A stretch of DNA of 62,555 nucleotides, the filler included, from Gonapodya sp. JEL0774 (taxonomy: Eukaryota), in the NCBI GenBank assembly GCA_027604505.1. It is 34 parts of 34 records of this genome, joined end to end, with 100 filler letters (N's around TTAATTAATTAA, not from the genome) between each part and the next. Parts side by side here need not be neighbours in the genome. Positions count along the whole stretch, not along the records: positions 11,110 to 12,859 come from JADIIX010002666.1; positions 12,960 to 14,708 come from JADIIX010002667.1; positions 14,809 to 16,557 come from JADIIX010002668.1; positions 16,658 to 18,406 come from JADIIX010002669.1; positions 18,507 to 20,255 come from JADIIX010002670.1; positions 20,356 to 22,103 come from JADIIX010002671.1; positions 22,204 to 23,951 come from JADIIX010002672.1; 27 more parts are not named here. One strand, given 5' to 3'. Each line of letters opens with the position of its first letter. Positions within the stretch are counted from its first letter, which is position 1. Under the pieces are notes generated by a model. It saw only the letters and a list, made by a program, of their open reading frames with translations, was not told where the DNA came from and searched no databases. Both the position numbers and the translations under genes were made by a program. This document shows positions 12,327 to 24,051 of this stretch, piece after piece.

Positions 12327-12465
12327 TTGTCATATGTACATCGAACCAAAAGTGCCGAAAAATTGCTTTATCCGTTTGGACTGTTGTTGTGATTTTGCCG
12401 TATGTTTTTGTATCATTCCGTGCACACGCCATCTTTTCCTCTGGCTGATTGCAGTCTCGGCAAAG

Positions 12466-12859
12466 ATGCAACGCCTTCCCATCGGAGCTGCGCGTCTTTT
12501 GGTGCCATCTCTCCGCTCTGGAGCTCGACCTGCCGTTGCCCGCCGGGCGTACAGAACGGACACTCCCGGGTTCATTCCTACTTTGAAGCGACCTTTCGAC
12601 ACTCAAACTACACTCGGTGAAGTCTATGACGCCCTCTTCGTCAACTGGCCGTATAGAGGGCTCTTCTGGCTGGTTCCATTCGCATGGTTGATGTCCAACA
12701 CGTTCCAGGCAACGTGAGTATCCGGCCAGTGGGCGGTTTACTTGGAGATCCGAATCCAAAGGATGGATTCTTCGTTGAGTTCTGAGCATGAAAGCCGTGT
12801 ACCTCCGCTTGTTTGCACTTTCCACTTGAGCATCAGGACCGGGGAAGTCTTCCAGCGTT
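12466..12859 (+). CDS. Putative small mitochondrial membrane protein, 3'-partial
   Basis: Arg-rich, acid-free presequence (MQRLPIGAARLLVPSLRSGARPAVARRAY), then a hydrophobic segment and a GT donor near 12714. Confidence 0.5.
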
Positions 12860-13491
12860 NNNNNNNNNNNNNNNNNNNNNNNNNNNNNNNNNNNNNNNNN
12901 NNNTTAATTAATTAANNNNNNNNNNNNNNNNNNNNNNNNNNNNNNNNNNNNNNNNNNNNTAGCGGGAACGGCTGGTGAGCTTGGAATATGTCAAGTCTCG
13001 CCAGCGAACACATAGGACTCAAATACGCATCTCTTTCTGGAACGCAAGTCGCACCCTCCTCTGGGACTGCCTTCCTCCATCTTGAAGCCAAGACGAGTAG
13101 ACTTTTCAAGGCGTATCTGATGGACCGAAAAGGTGACTTTGATGACGCACGGACTTTTGATTTCTTGTTCAATAAGGACTTTGTGAAATAAAACGCTCGC
13201 AATCGGAAGAATGAGGAAATCTGGAGTTGATGCTTCGTGCGATGTTAGGTCGACAAAATAGTCATGGAGAAGTTCTGAAAAACGGCAGTTGCGTGGATCC
13301 TTTGTCCATCGTCTGAGCCAGCTTCAAAGGCGACGACCTTACCAATATAGTGTAGATGGCTCGAGAAAGACATGTGGTTTTGTGATGTAGTGCACCACCT
13401 CCATGAACCACGTCACACAGCCCCACAGCTGCATCCTCACCCATCCACATCGATAGACGTTCATAGCCGCAGCCCGATCCAACGACTTACG

Positions 13492-14535
13492 ATGCTTATC
13501 CGAAATACTCCACTTACTCTTCTCAAAGCCAACGCTCGCCTGAAGCCTGCTGGATTATTGTCCGGAGTGCACGACAGCACGAGCGCCAGCAAGGCGATCC
13601 ATCACTCACCACACGCTGCATACCAGACTCTGCGACGTTACAACCGGCGTCCTGCAAGTTGTTCTCTCTCTTCCCATCATGGCAATGCTCTTCCCGTACT
13701 TCGTGGTGTCCCCTTGCACTTCAGTAACCATATTCATCGCCTTTCAGATCCGCCAAATGCACGCTTCTTCACTTCAACTCCTCGCCCGGTGCTTCCTCCG
13801 TTGATAAAGACAGTCTTTTCAATCGGTGTAGGAGTCACTGTTTTCAACTATGCCGTGAGTTGCTCTTCTGAATTACATGCATTAGTACAACCTATCACGC
13901 TGTTCTGATCCCATATGATGACGCAACAGCAACCACATACCTTTCTCGGACTTATTCTGGGATACGGCTCCTATAGACTTATCAAGTCTTTCCTGGATTC
14001 TCGGTTTCCTTCTTCCCCCTGGGACCAGCTTGCCGCGCGGAACGTCCCCTTCCCAGGCACTCTTACTATCCCCTTCCTCTTCTCGATCCCCTTTCGTGCC
14101 GTTTTCCGAGCTGTTGGGTCGCAAACGCAACTTTCAAGTCAGGTTGAGGAGCTTGCAGTGAATCGTTTGAGATCATGGGTTCAGTCAACGTCTGCTCCAA
14201 AAGACCTCAAGGAACTTATCCTTATGGGCAATCCACCTGACATTATAGCTTCCCCTCTACATTCAGTACGAGTAGCGTCATCGGAGCTGAGGGGTGTCGG
14301 ACCTCTCGCTAGTGAACGAAGTTCCACACGCATTAATATCGCGTTTGGAGTCATGACGGTGTGGCGATCAAAACAGGCGCTGGTGACGGTTGATGCCACA
14401 GCCTCTGAAAGCGGTGAAATAACGTTGAACAGGATCGTTATATCGGAGGAAATTTTTTTCGTTGGAGGTGATACCTGGGAAGTACCGCTTCACGGTGGAC
14501 CTGATACTATTGACGGTGAATTTCGAGAATTGTAG
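13492..14535 (+). CDS. Hypothetical protein with mitochondrial-type presequence (2 exons)
   Basis: MLIRNTPLTLLKANARL...RFFTSTPRP, then hydrophobic segments, a GTGAGT donor near 13855 and a long second exon ending IDGEFREL*. Confidence 0.55.
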
Positions 14536-14808
14536 CAGTTTTAGGACTTTGCTTATCCCATTGATTAGAGACAGATATACTATAGGAGAGTAAGGCGTGT
14601 CTGATATGAGCACCAGAAATTTGACACCCCGCCTAATGCACAGTTCCTGTCTTCCGTTCCACCACAACTAGCGCAACCATCGCGAAAAACTCACAATGGC
14701 AACCGCACNNNNNNNNNNNNNNNNNNNNNNNNNNNNNNNNNNNNNNNNNNNNTTAATTAATTAANNNNNNNNNNNNNNNNNNNNNNNNNNNNNNNNNNNN
14801 NNNNNNNN

Positions 14809-15590
14809 CTTGGATTTGACGAAGCATTCAACGTGAGTTTGTAGTAGCGACCACTTGCATGACTTGTCACACGTCTTCATCACTCGTGGGGGTGTGCTAA
14901 ACAGTACAAGAAACCTCCCGGTGGTTCCATCAGGTCCGCCCTGGCACAGGCGTGCCCCAAGGGTATCGACATCAACTTCGAGAACGTGAGTTTACAGCTC
15001 TTACTAGCCCCAATATGTTCAACTAAACCGTGTGAGCCCTGAAAGGTTGGTGGAGAAACGTACTACGCTGCATTATCTCTCATGAACGAAGGCGGCCGCA
15101 TTCCTGTTTGCGGTTGGATCTCAGCCTATAACGAAGAGAACGTTTTACCACCCCCAGAGAAGTTCAACGCAGACAGTGAGTGGAAGTTCTTCAGTGTTGA
15201 TTATTCTTAGTTCAACGGGTGGGTCTGATGTTTAACTCTTTCTTCACCTCAGAGGACAAGCACAAGCTCGCCCTGGTGCGGTTCTTCATCCAATCCGAAT
15301 TCGCAAAACCTGAAATCTTGAAAGAGCACCGTGAGAAAACGGAAGCGTGGATTCTGAATGGAACTTTGAAGGTCAAGGAAGACGTGCGTGAGGGTCTTGA
15401 GAGCGCACCGGCGTACTTCTGCGGTATGCTCAAGGGAGAGAACTTTGGAAAAGCGACGTGAGTACAGCCGACGTTGCTGAGCTCACTTGAATGGAGATTG
15501 TACCTGACGGGAACTGACAGACTTTCCCTGCGTCTGAACGGTCGACAACAAAACTTCCCTCGGAACACAGCATCAAAGTCTAGATTATGA
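14809..15590 (+). CDS. NADP-dependent oxidoreductase (PTGR/CurA-like MDR), C-terminal part, predicted to end in SRL
   Basis: GFDEAFN|YK...ACPKGIDINFEN|VGG...GRIPVCGWISAYN...EDVREGLESAPAYFCGMLKGENFGKA. The predicted last exon ends SKSRL*. Confidence 0.88.
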
Positions 15591-16182
15591 GAGCCTGTTG
15601 CGCTGGTTTGCAGTCATTTTTGAATCATACTTAGTCCATGTTCTGAGAGCGTGGTCGAGCACCCAATGACACAAGTGTGCTGTCGCATATGGGTTACCGC
15701 ACGCAGGAACCCAAGTACTCCATGTTCGGACAGGCCCCATAACGAACAGATGAGAGGCGTTTGGCAGCCCTATGAGAGTACAAAAACCGCTCGTCGGGAT
15801 CAATCACATTCTTCCAAATCCATGATCCCCTTAAATTATAAGTATTTCCGAGGTGTGGTGTCCAAGCGCGGTTGGTATAATGTGCATAACATGCATGCGA
15901 ACAACTTACTTCTCAAAGCTATGCGTGCTCCATGTTGTACTTGGGGAAGGGGACGCCACATTGGGTGATTACGAAAGAGAGCGGGGAAATTCGAAAAATG
16001 CGGATTACGTCAAAACAAAGATTATGTCATACTGCAGGGCCTGGGAGAGTGGAAGTCCTCTTGAGAAAGACGTTTTCTCCAAGACCATCGGATCGTCGGG
16101 CACTGTGACTTCCGACACTTGGTGACCCCCTGATATTTCATAATCAGAACGCAAGATTCACATCCGCGAGCACTCATCATCA

Positions 16183-16557
16183 ATGGTAACACTAAACAAG
16201 CGTGTCCTGTGAGCTCCCATCATCAATCGCAGGTGGCCTGCTGCACTCTCATCCTTGTCGCAATCAGCTTCAAAACCGAACCCAAGGAGCGGGCGCCAAC
16301 TTCCGAAGATTTCGAAGTAGTTGAGGTTCCGTTCGATCTTTCTGCAGCCGGAAATGAGCCAGGAAGCATTGTTACACAGAATCTTTACCTCTCACTCGGT
16401 GAGTTGATCGTCCTAGTACGCATCGGAAGCCCTCCTTCAAGGTTTGATCCCCTCTGGTGAACTTGCACTTTAGACCCGTATATGCGTGGCCGAATGAATC
16501 AATCTCGCAAGAGCTACATCCCGCCTTTTGCGGTGGGTTATAGAAGTTGTTCTGGTC
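16183..16557 (+). CDS. Second PTGR/CurA-like oxidoreductase, N-terminus (tandem paralog)
   Basis: MVTLNKRVL|FKTEP...PTSEDFEVVE...QNLYLSL|DPYMRGRM. LYLSxDPYMRGRM is the family signature. Confidence 0.85.
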
Positions 16558-16809
16558 NNNNNNNNNNNNNNNNNNNNNNNNNNNNNNNNNNNNNNNNNNN
16601 NTTAATTAATTAANNNNNNNNNNNNNNNNNNNNNNNNNNNNNNNNNNNNNNNNNNNNCCGCTATCGACGCAGTCTTGAGCGTTACACTTTTCTGTCACAA
16701 TAGGTAGTCGGGAAAAGATAAAATGAAATGCAGCTTACAAATATTCAACACAGCTATTCACACACGTCGCAATTGTTGCAAATGAAGCCAAGAAAATCAT
16801 GAATGATCA

Positions 16810-18367
16810 TTAAGAGAGCATGGAAGAAGGGGAGGCGGTCACATTCAAGCCAATTGTCCCCTTCTGCGCGAGTACATTGAAAGGTTCACGTTCATGGGAT
16901 GGAAGTGCATCTCTCATCATGTAGGTGAGAACCCTCATCCGCTTAGTGTCATCATCCTCAAACGGGTAGTCCAAATAGTCACCCAGAGCCGCTTCAAGTT
17001 CCTCTGAAGGCGGAAGCTCGAGGGACTTCCGCTCTGTGAATATATTCGGGAGCCCAGGAGGGTGTTGCTGTCGGGCAAGTTGAAAGCCTAGTACTCGAAC
17101 AAATTTGCGCAAGAGAAACTTGAAATAGTACGCACTGGATTGGTTTTGCTATAGGACGAGATCTGAGATAGTAGGCTCTCGCTGTATTCGGCTATGCTTT
17201 CTAGCAACGACAGCGCGGCCTGACATGGAATATCTGACCAGAACAAGCACTTTTGCCCTCTGGGGGTTTCGCCTATCCAATAAAGCCGCCACTGATGCCT
17301 AAGATCCGTCAATATAACGAATCCTGTCAAAGGCTGGGCGTTTTCATGAAAAAGCAGCAAATACGCCCTCCCCTGAGGGTCTCCATTGGAGAATTCGTCC
17401 GGCTTCTTTACTTCCACAAATGCAAATCGAGCTTGATGAGCAGAAAAGGTGATGTCTGGCTTTCCTTTCAGAATGAGCTGTTATAGTGGATCGGAATTAA
17501 GCGCAATTGAGTACCTGTTTAGTTCAATCGACGATCAAAAGGAACACAAAAATACCTTCCCAATTTTAATTACAAGGAAGTGTCCATTATGGGTATCCTT
17601 GAAAGTGGTGTTTCGAGGTAGCGACAAGTTGCTTCCAAACCACTCCATCACGCGGTCCATTTGCTGATGCTCCGTCCGGTCTTCGTCCCACACGAACAAA
17701 TTTACCTGCCGATCCTGTGACTGCGCAAAAGTACTGAAAACATCGGAGACCACCTTGTACTTTTGAAATGAGTTTTGTGTCTGGACGCAACATTATGATC
17801 AAGAAAACTCACCGGATGCACCAGGAGTTTTAAATGTTGGAGGGCGTTTTGCATCAGCGCCGATGAAACTTTAGATGCTGCGTATGACGATGCTCTCTCC
17901 TCATTATCTTCCCGAAGTCTTTTCACTAATTTGTTGGCGAAATCATCAGGGTCAATGTCAGTACCTGGTCTTTTCTGGGGAGCATCTGGTGAATGCATTC
18001 CGTTAATGATCACTCTTTCAGCAGAAACAGGATCTCACGAACCTTGCGGTCGACGGACAACCACATGAATGTGCTTCTTGGGTGGGGGTAGTTGAAAGTA
18101 TTCGGAAATCTCGTCCAAAGGCCCCATCACGTCCTCTTCCTTCAAGGTATCTTCCGCGATGGACACTCGTGCCTCGTACGGAATGTCGACTTTCCAGAGG
18201 GTCAGAGTGGAGGCGTCCACCCCAGAAAGTACATGAGGAAGCTTCGCATGGATTGCCTCTTTGAGGGAGTCCACCAACGCAGACGGAGCAATAGAGATAG
18301 CAAAGGTCACGTCATCGCCAAGCAGGAGACATCCAAGTGTGATTGAATCGGTTGATACGCCTGACAT
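16810..18367 (-). CDS. Crinkler (CRN) effector: N-terminal ubiquitin-like CRN domain plus PD-(D/E)xK REase-like C-terminal domain, multi-exon
   Basis: N-terminus ITLGCLLLGD..FAISI...VDSLKEAI...DASTLTLWKV...HIHVVVRRP. C-terminal region LKGKPDI...FVEVKK...PQGRAYL...VILTDLRHQWRLYW. The ORF pieces join through GT-AG introns. Confidence 0.85.
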
Positions 18368-19435
18368 GGTGCAATTTGGAACGTTTTACATACATAATTG
18401 GCGGGANNNNNNNNNNNNNNNNNNNNNNNNNNNNNNNNNNNNNNNNNNNNTTAATTAATTAANNNNNNNNNNNNNNNNNNNNNNNNNNNNNNNNNNNNNN
18501 NNNNNNTGTTGCTCCCTCCGGAGGGGCGGGTGGGCGGGGGGGTGCCGGGCGCTGCCACGGGGGCCACGGGGGTCAAGGGGGGGAAAAGGGAGAGGAGCAG
18601 TGATGAGGAGAGTGGGAGTGAGAGTGGTGGCGAGGGCGGGACGGGCAGTGACGGTGACGGTGACGGTGACAGCGACAGTACAGACTCGGACGCCCCTGAT
18701 GCGGCAAAAGCCAAACCCCCTCGGGGAAGAACAGGTACGTCCGATATCACCAGATCCACTCCCGTTGCACCTTCACGTACCCGCGGCCCTATCACAACCC
18801 CGCAGCCCCTCCAGCCCGCCCCCGCCTCCGTCCCACCCCTTCCCACCCCTCGACCACCACGCAGTCCCGCTCGCTCCCCCTTGCGGCCCGCCTCGCCGAA
18901 CATCGATCGCACGCCCGAGGCTCAGNNNNNNNNNNNNNNNNNNNNNNNNNNNNNNNNNNNNNNNNNNNNNNNNNNNNNNNNNNNNNNNNNNNNNNNNNNN
19001 NNNNNNNNNNNNNNNNNNNNNNNNNNNNNNNNNNNNNNNNNNNNNNNNNATGGGTGGTTGGGGTTTGTGGGGTTTTTGTTTGCGTTGTGGTGGTGGGGGC
19101 GGGGGTGGGTGCTGGGTTGGGGGTTGGGGAAGAGGAAGGGGAAGGGGGTGAGGTAGAGCGAGTGGAGTTGTGGACTCGTCTGTGGGTATTTTTGGACATT
19201 TGAGTTGCATTTGCACGGGTTTTTATTGTGCACGCATATTTAGAGTACACGCTGGAATAGAGCGATAAAAGAAAATGGTGTTTTGTGTGCCGCACCTCGA
19301 GTATTGCGGATGAGTGGGAGGTGCTTGCGGTGCCTGTTGCTGTTGTGCCAATAACTCAAAACATGCATCACCCTTACTACCACGCCCAGCAAGTAGTCTG
19401 ATACGTGAAACGAGGAGTTCTTGCTTGCTCTTCTC

Positions 19436-20162
19436 ATTTTTTAGCGCCAGAAACCCCAGATGTGCACGGCGGTGCAGCTCGTTTGCCTTCTGAGCGACTG
19501 CTTTCGGCTTTTCCATTTGCCAGTGATACCGTCCCACGAGAGGAAATTCCAGCTCCTATTTCTCTTCTTCAGATGTTGCTGGAATGACACAACGTTTTTT
19601 ACCTGGAGCGTAATCGGAACCGCACGTGGTTCTTATGATGACATCACCAGGATGCCTTTTTGATATCTCTTTTCGGTTTCTGTCGGATGAACAGTCCTGT
19701 TAAGTTAGTCGCACCATGAAATGTCGGCCACCGTGGTTGTTGGAAGTTGGCAGAGATTCCGACGACATGATTTTTGCTCGAGTAAACGTTGCTCACATTG
19801 GCATTACAAAACATCCATCACGGTCCCCAACATGCACGCAACGCCAGATCGCGAAGTCCGTGACGTAAAACATTGAGCGTGCGCTCAGTTTTTCTCTTCT
19901 TTTTTTTTGCGCCAGAAACCCCGATGTGCCTGGCGGCGCAGCTTGCTTGGATCTAGTGCATGATTGACACAGCGTTCCAGTTCACGTTACGCGCAGGTCT
20001 TTGAAATTCCAGAGATGACATTTCCAAACGAGGACATTCCAGGTCGAATATTTTCTTCCTCAGATGCTGCAGGAATGACACATTTTTTTACCGCGAAGGT
20101 CATGGAGACTGTAGTGAAATGTCAGCTACCGCTGTCGTTGGATTAAGTTGGCAAAGTATCCG
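19436..20162. repeat. Diverged direct duplication (about 19436-19762 vs 19900-20162)
   Basis: Shared blocks in the same order: GCGCCAGAAACCCC.ATGTGC, GAGGA.ATTCCAG...CAGATG.TGC.GGAATGACAC and GAAATGTC.GC.ACCG...AAGTTGGCA. Confidence 0.6.
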
Positions 20163-20375
20163 TTTCGAATTTGTGCCGATCTAAAAACTTCGGGCGCAAT
20201 GCACCTCGCATGATATTTCGACGCATTATCGATCATGAGTGCGCTTGTCGGCCATNNNNNNNNNNNNNNNNNNNNNNNNNNNNNNNNNNNNNNNNNNNNT
20301 TAATTAATTAANNNNNNNNNNNNNNNNNNNNNNNNNNNNNNNNNNNNNNNNNNNNCTCCTCCCCAACCTCCGCAG

Positions 20376-20961
20376 GTTACAGCACTACATGGACAACTCA
20401 CCCCTGAAGACCGAGACAAGGTCATTGACGACTTCCGCGCCGGCAAGGCGAAGGTGCTCATATCCACGAACGTGCTCTCCCGTGGTATCGACGTGCTCCA
20501 AGTAACGGTCGTGATCAATTACGACTTGCCGGTGCTTGATGGGAGAGGGGCGGCGGATCCGGAGACGTACCTGTGGGTATTTCGGTTGCGTGAAAGGAAT
20601 CTGTGCACGTTCTGCAGTTAATTGACCGTGTGTTGGTTTTGATTTCGGCATTCACCTCACGGCATCATTTATCTGGGATCCTTACGCCATTCTTGGCTCG
20701 CCCACGTCCGCTCGGCTGCAATGCTTGTGTATTTGACTGGATATTTTCTCCCCACCAACCACCGAACTTTTGATACACAGTCACCGCATTGGTCGCACTG
20801 GTCGTTTTGGACGCACTGGCGTGTCCATCAACTTTGTCCACGATCAAAAGAGCCAGCGGGTGAACGACGAAATCGCAAAGTACTTCTCCGTGCAGATCAC
20901 GCCGGTGCCTACGGACGATTTTGAGCAAGTGGAGAAAATTCTTAAGAAGGCGATCAAATAA
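20376..20961 (+). CDS. DBP5: DEAD-box RNA helicase Dbp5/DDX19, C-terminus
   Basis: [27 protein letters not shown]...[25 protein letters not shown]. Confidence 0.92.
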
Positions 20962-21251
20962 GACAGTGGTCGTCGAGAGCGTATCTCGTGTCTAATCATC
21001 TGAGATGATCATGACTGGAGGTTTGAGTACGCCGAGATACACCGCACGCTCGAGTAACCACCTAGATATACTTTTAAGCACACATTCACAATTAAAAAAC
21101 ACTCTTTTACCATTATATGAGCGCACTGCACGTGCTCGTCGCGGACGTACTGGGCAATATCGGACCACAGAAACATCAACCACGCCACACCACTGCGCTT
21201 TTGCAGTCAGAGGAACAAATCTTCAGTTCTGGTCGTCGGACTTCTCCAGAA

Positions 21252-21809
21252 ATGTCCGTATCGGTCATGACCCGAAATTACGACTATCATCTTCCACGAG
21301 GTAAGCTATGCCGGCTCGGTGGACCTCATATATTGTCCCGTTGGCTGAGCTCGTACTCTTTGTTTCAACGCCTCGGGAACAGAACCCCAGTACATGCCCG
21401 CACCGGTCGTTCATGCTGGATACGGAGCCAAACGACGAAGAGAGCCCGAGCCGCCAATGGCGACCCAGGTCATCGATTTATGCACCCCTGAACCCCCTCG
21501 AAGCCGTTTCGTTAGCCAGCATCACCAGCCTCCAAGTCAGCCCTCATATGCTCAGGCAGCCACCGTTTATTCAGGACCCGGAAGAAGCGCCATATATGCC
21601 GGTGCTACGGTCTCGTTCGGTCGAACGGCGGCTCCTGCTCCTTCTTCCAAGCGACGAAGAGTTGACGAGCCGGTCAGTTATGGCCAGGGACAAGTAGTGC
21701 CAGAGTCCCGCAAGCTGCCTCCGGTGGATGCGCCTCCCCAATCATGCGATGATACTGATGGTCACTATGCCTGTGCGCCGTATTCAACATTGGGAGACAA
21801 GGACAGATG
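21252..21809 (+). CDS. Probable LAMMER/CLK (Kns1-like) kinase, N-terminal region only
   Basis: Low-complexity N-terminus ending in CDDTDGHY...LGDKDR, the DDxxGHY motif that precedes the LAMMER kinase domain. The kinase core is not seen in this contig. Confidence 0.6.
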
Positions 21810-22203
21810 TGAGTTTGGGTGAGAGCCCGACCAAAAGGACACGGACTGCGTCCCGACGTCAAGAAGCAGTGTCCGATGCATCATATAAGCATGGAGAACG
21901 ATTTCCTGATATTATCGGAATGATACTCTTGGTGGATCTATAAAGGGCACCTTATTCATAGGAATGGCGAGTGGTGTGGGAACACATCCTGAGTCGTAAT
22001 CGAGGAGTCATTTCAATAGACTGTCGTCGCCAAAATGTCTCTTTGGTTGTCTCTTCTGTCTTTCTACCCTCTGTTTCCTTGAACCTATGCTGACGTGTTG
22101 TTTNNNNNNNNNNNNNNNNNNNNNNNNNNNNNNNNNNNNNNNNNNNNTTAATTAATTAANNNNNNNNNNNNNNNNNNNNNNNNNNNNNNNNNNNNNNNNN
22201 NNN

Positions 22204-23754
22204 CTCACCACTCATTACAAGTCTGTAACACCTCACTGTGTAGATGGTACCGACGAATCAGGAGATGCAGCCGGCACCATCTTTCGACGCATCCTCCTCC
22301 CTTCAACGACAGCAAAAGCGAAGGCGAATGCCCAACCAAAAACAAGAGAGAGCGGTACCCCCCAGCGAATAGTGGATTCCCAAGTCCCACAACGAGCGCC
22401 GGGTATATGAGGTGCGACAGTGAAGAAATAGGAAAGATCTTCGTTGAGGGAACCGTCGGTATTGAGGTGCTTCTCGAGGAACAGAGAATGTCGAGAGTTG
22501 GCCAAGACGATGTCAGCAAGGTTACCCTTTTTGGGAGTATACGACGGCAGATGAGAGAGCAAGGTCGCCATTCGTTCGTTGAACTCTTCAACTGTCGGTG
22601 CAGGTGCGCGTTTTTGCGGAGGCGTCACGCCGTTGGGGACCGGTGGTCGTTTATCAGCTTTGCGGCGGCGGGCGAGCACGACTTCGGCTGCCTCACGGAC
22701 ACTATTATCACCACGACGTGAGGAGGTTGTTATCAGAAGAAAATTTGACTGCGATGGGGGTCGTACCCCAAGAAAGGCTCTTTTCCGCCAACCGAGCTAC
22801 CACCATGGTTCATCTCACAACAACACACCGATGCTGTTCGGCGACCGATGGAGAGAAAAACTCACAAAGTTACTGGAAATCCATATGCTGACGGTACCCG
22901 TCTCGTTGTTTCACCATCGAAGTGGCGAATGATCTGGGCAGCTTTCAAGACACCTTCATCAGCATTGTCTGTAGGTTTTAAGCTATCGATGGAAATTTGA
23001 GAGATGACCACGGTAGTCAACAGGTAAGAACCGCCCCATTTGCAGTCACGCCAAATTGGACAAGATCAACGAGAGTGAGCCCGGCAGATGGGGCGTTTAA
23101 TTGAAGAATCTCGAAACATGCAAGACGTCACTCTGCTCACCAAGCAACTATGCCCGCCATCTTTCGAATGTAGCTCTCCGAATCCCGCCCAAGAGCGGCG
23201 ATGTTCTCATCCCCGTATGTGTCAAGTTTCAGCAATGTGTACTCAGTCACATTGAAAAAGCACTGCGGCTGATCTAGAGGTGTCGGAAGAAGACTGTTTC
23301 CTTCCAGGGGATCGGATCCAGGAGGCCAGACAAACAGGTTTTGAAACTTGGTGAAACCTTTCTGGAACCAATCAGACGAGCACGCCGAGACCGTCCACTG
23401 GTCGGAGCAGATCGAGTTTTTCGGACACGGGATTGTCGGAGATAAGATATTCGAGAATGGATTTTGGAAGGATGTGGGAGGTCGCGGGATAGAGTTTGGA
23501 ACATCGAATCCATTTGACACGAAGGCATACCAGTGGATATACAGACCCGTGGCGGCGACTAGAAGGGTGAGAAGAAGGGTGGATGGTTCCAGAGCGGATT
23601 CCAGCAACGGTTTCCGTGATGGTTTTGATGCTGCTTGCGTTTCCTTGGGTGTCGAAACGGGCTTGGAAGGAGCCTTGGTCTCTCCATCACCAGATGTCCC
23701 GCTTGCCTTCTTCTCGCTTTTACGCTTGCGAATTTGTGCGTCCTCTCCGGCCAT
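22204..23754 (-). CDS. Man1/Src1 (MSC)-like inner nuclear membrane protein, multi-exon
   Basis: Basic N-terminus, a TM segment, then luminal IPCPKNSIC...C...PQC...IRKMAGIVA, and later a Cys plus second TM followed by a basic stretch. Confidence 0.5.
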
Positions 23755-24051
23755 CGTCGCGATTGGAATGGAGCTGGAGACCTGGCCCGGCCCGCTGTTT
23801 GCTGTTTGGGCGATATGGGTTGATCGGGTTGTTCCGATTCTCCGCCACAGAACCGGAACCGTGTAAAGCTCAAATAGTGCATGCGATGCTGCTGCACGCC
23901 ACCGCGCTGACCATCAGTATATTAGTGTATCCAGAAATTTAAGCATTAGTTNNNNNNNNNNNNNNNNNNNNNNNNNNNNNNNNNNNNNNNNNNNNTTAAT
24001 TAATTAANNNNNNNNNNNNNNNNNNNNNNNNNNNNNNNNNNNNNNNNNNNN

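Noticed and set aside
16810..18367. Crinkler gene as a frameshifted pseudogene (five ORF pieces)
   Set aside because: The frame changes can be explained by GT-AG introns that restore a continuous reading frame.
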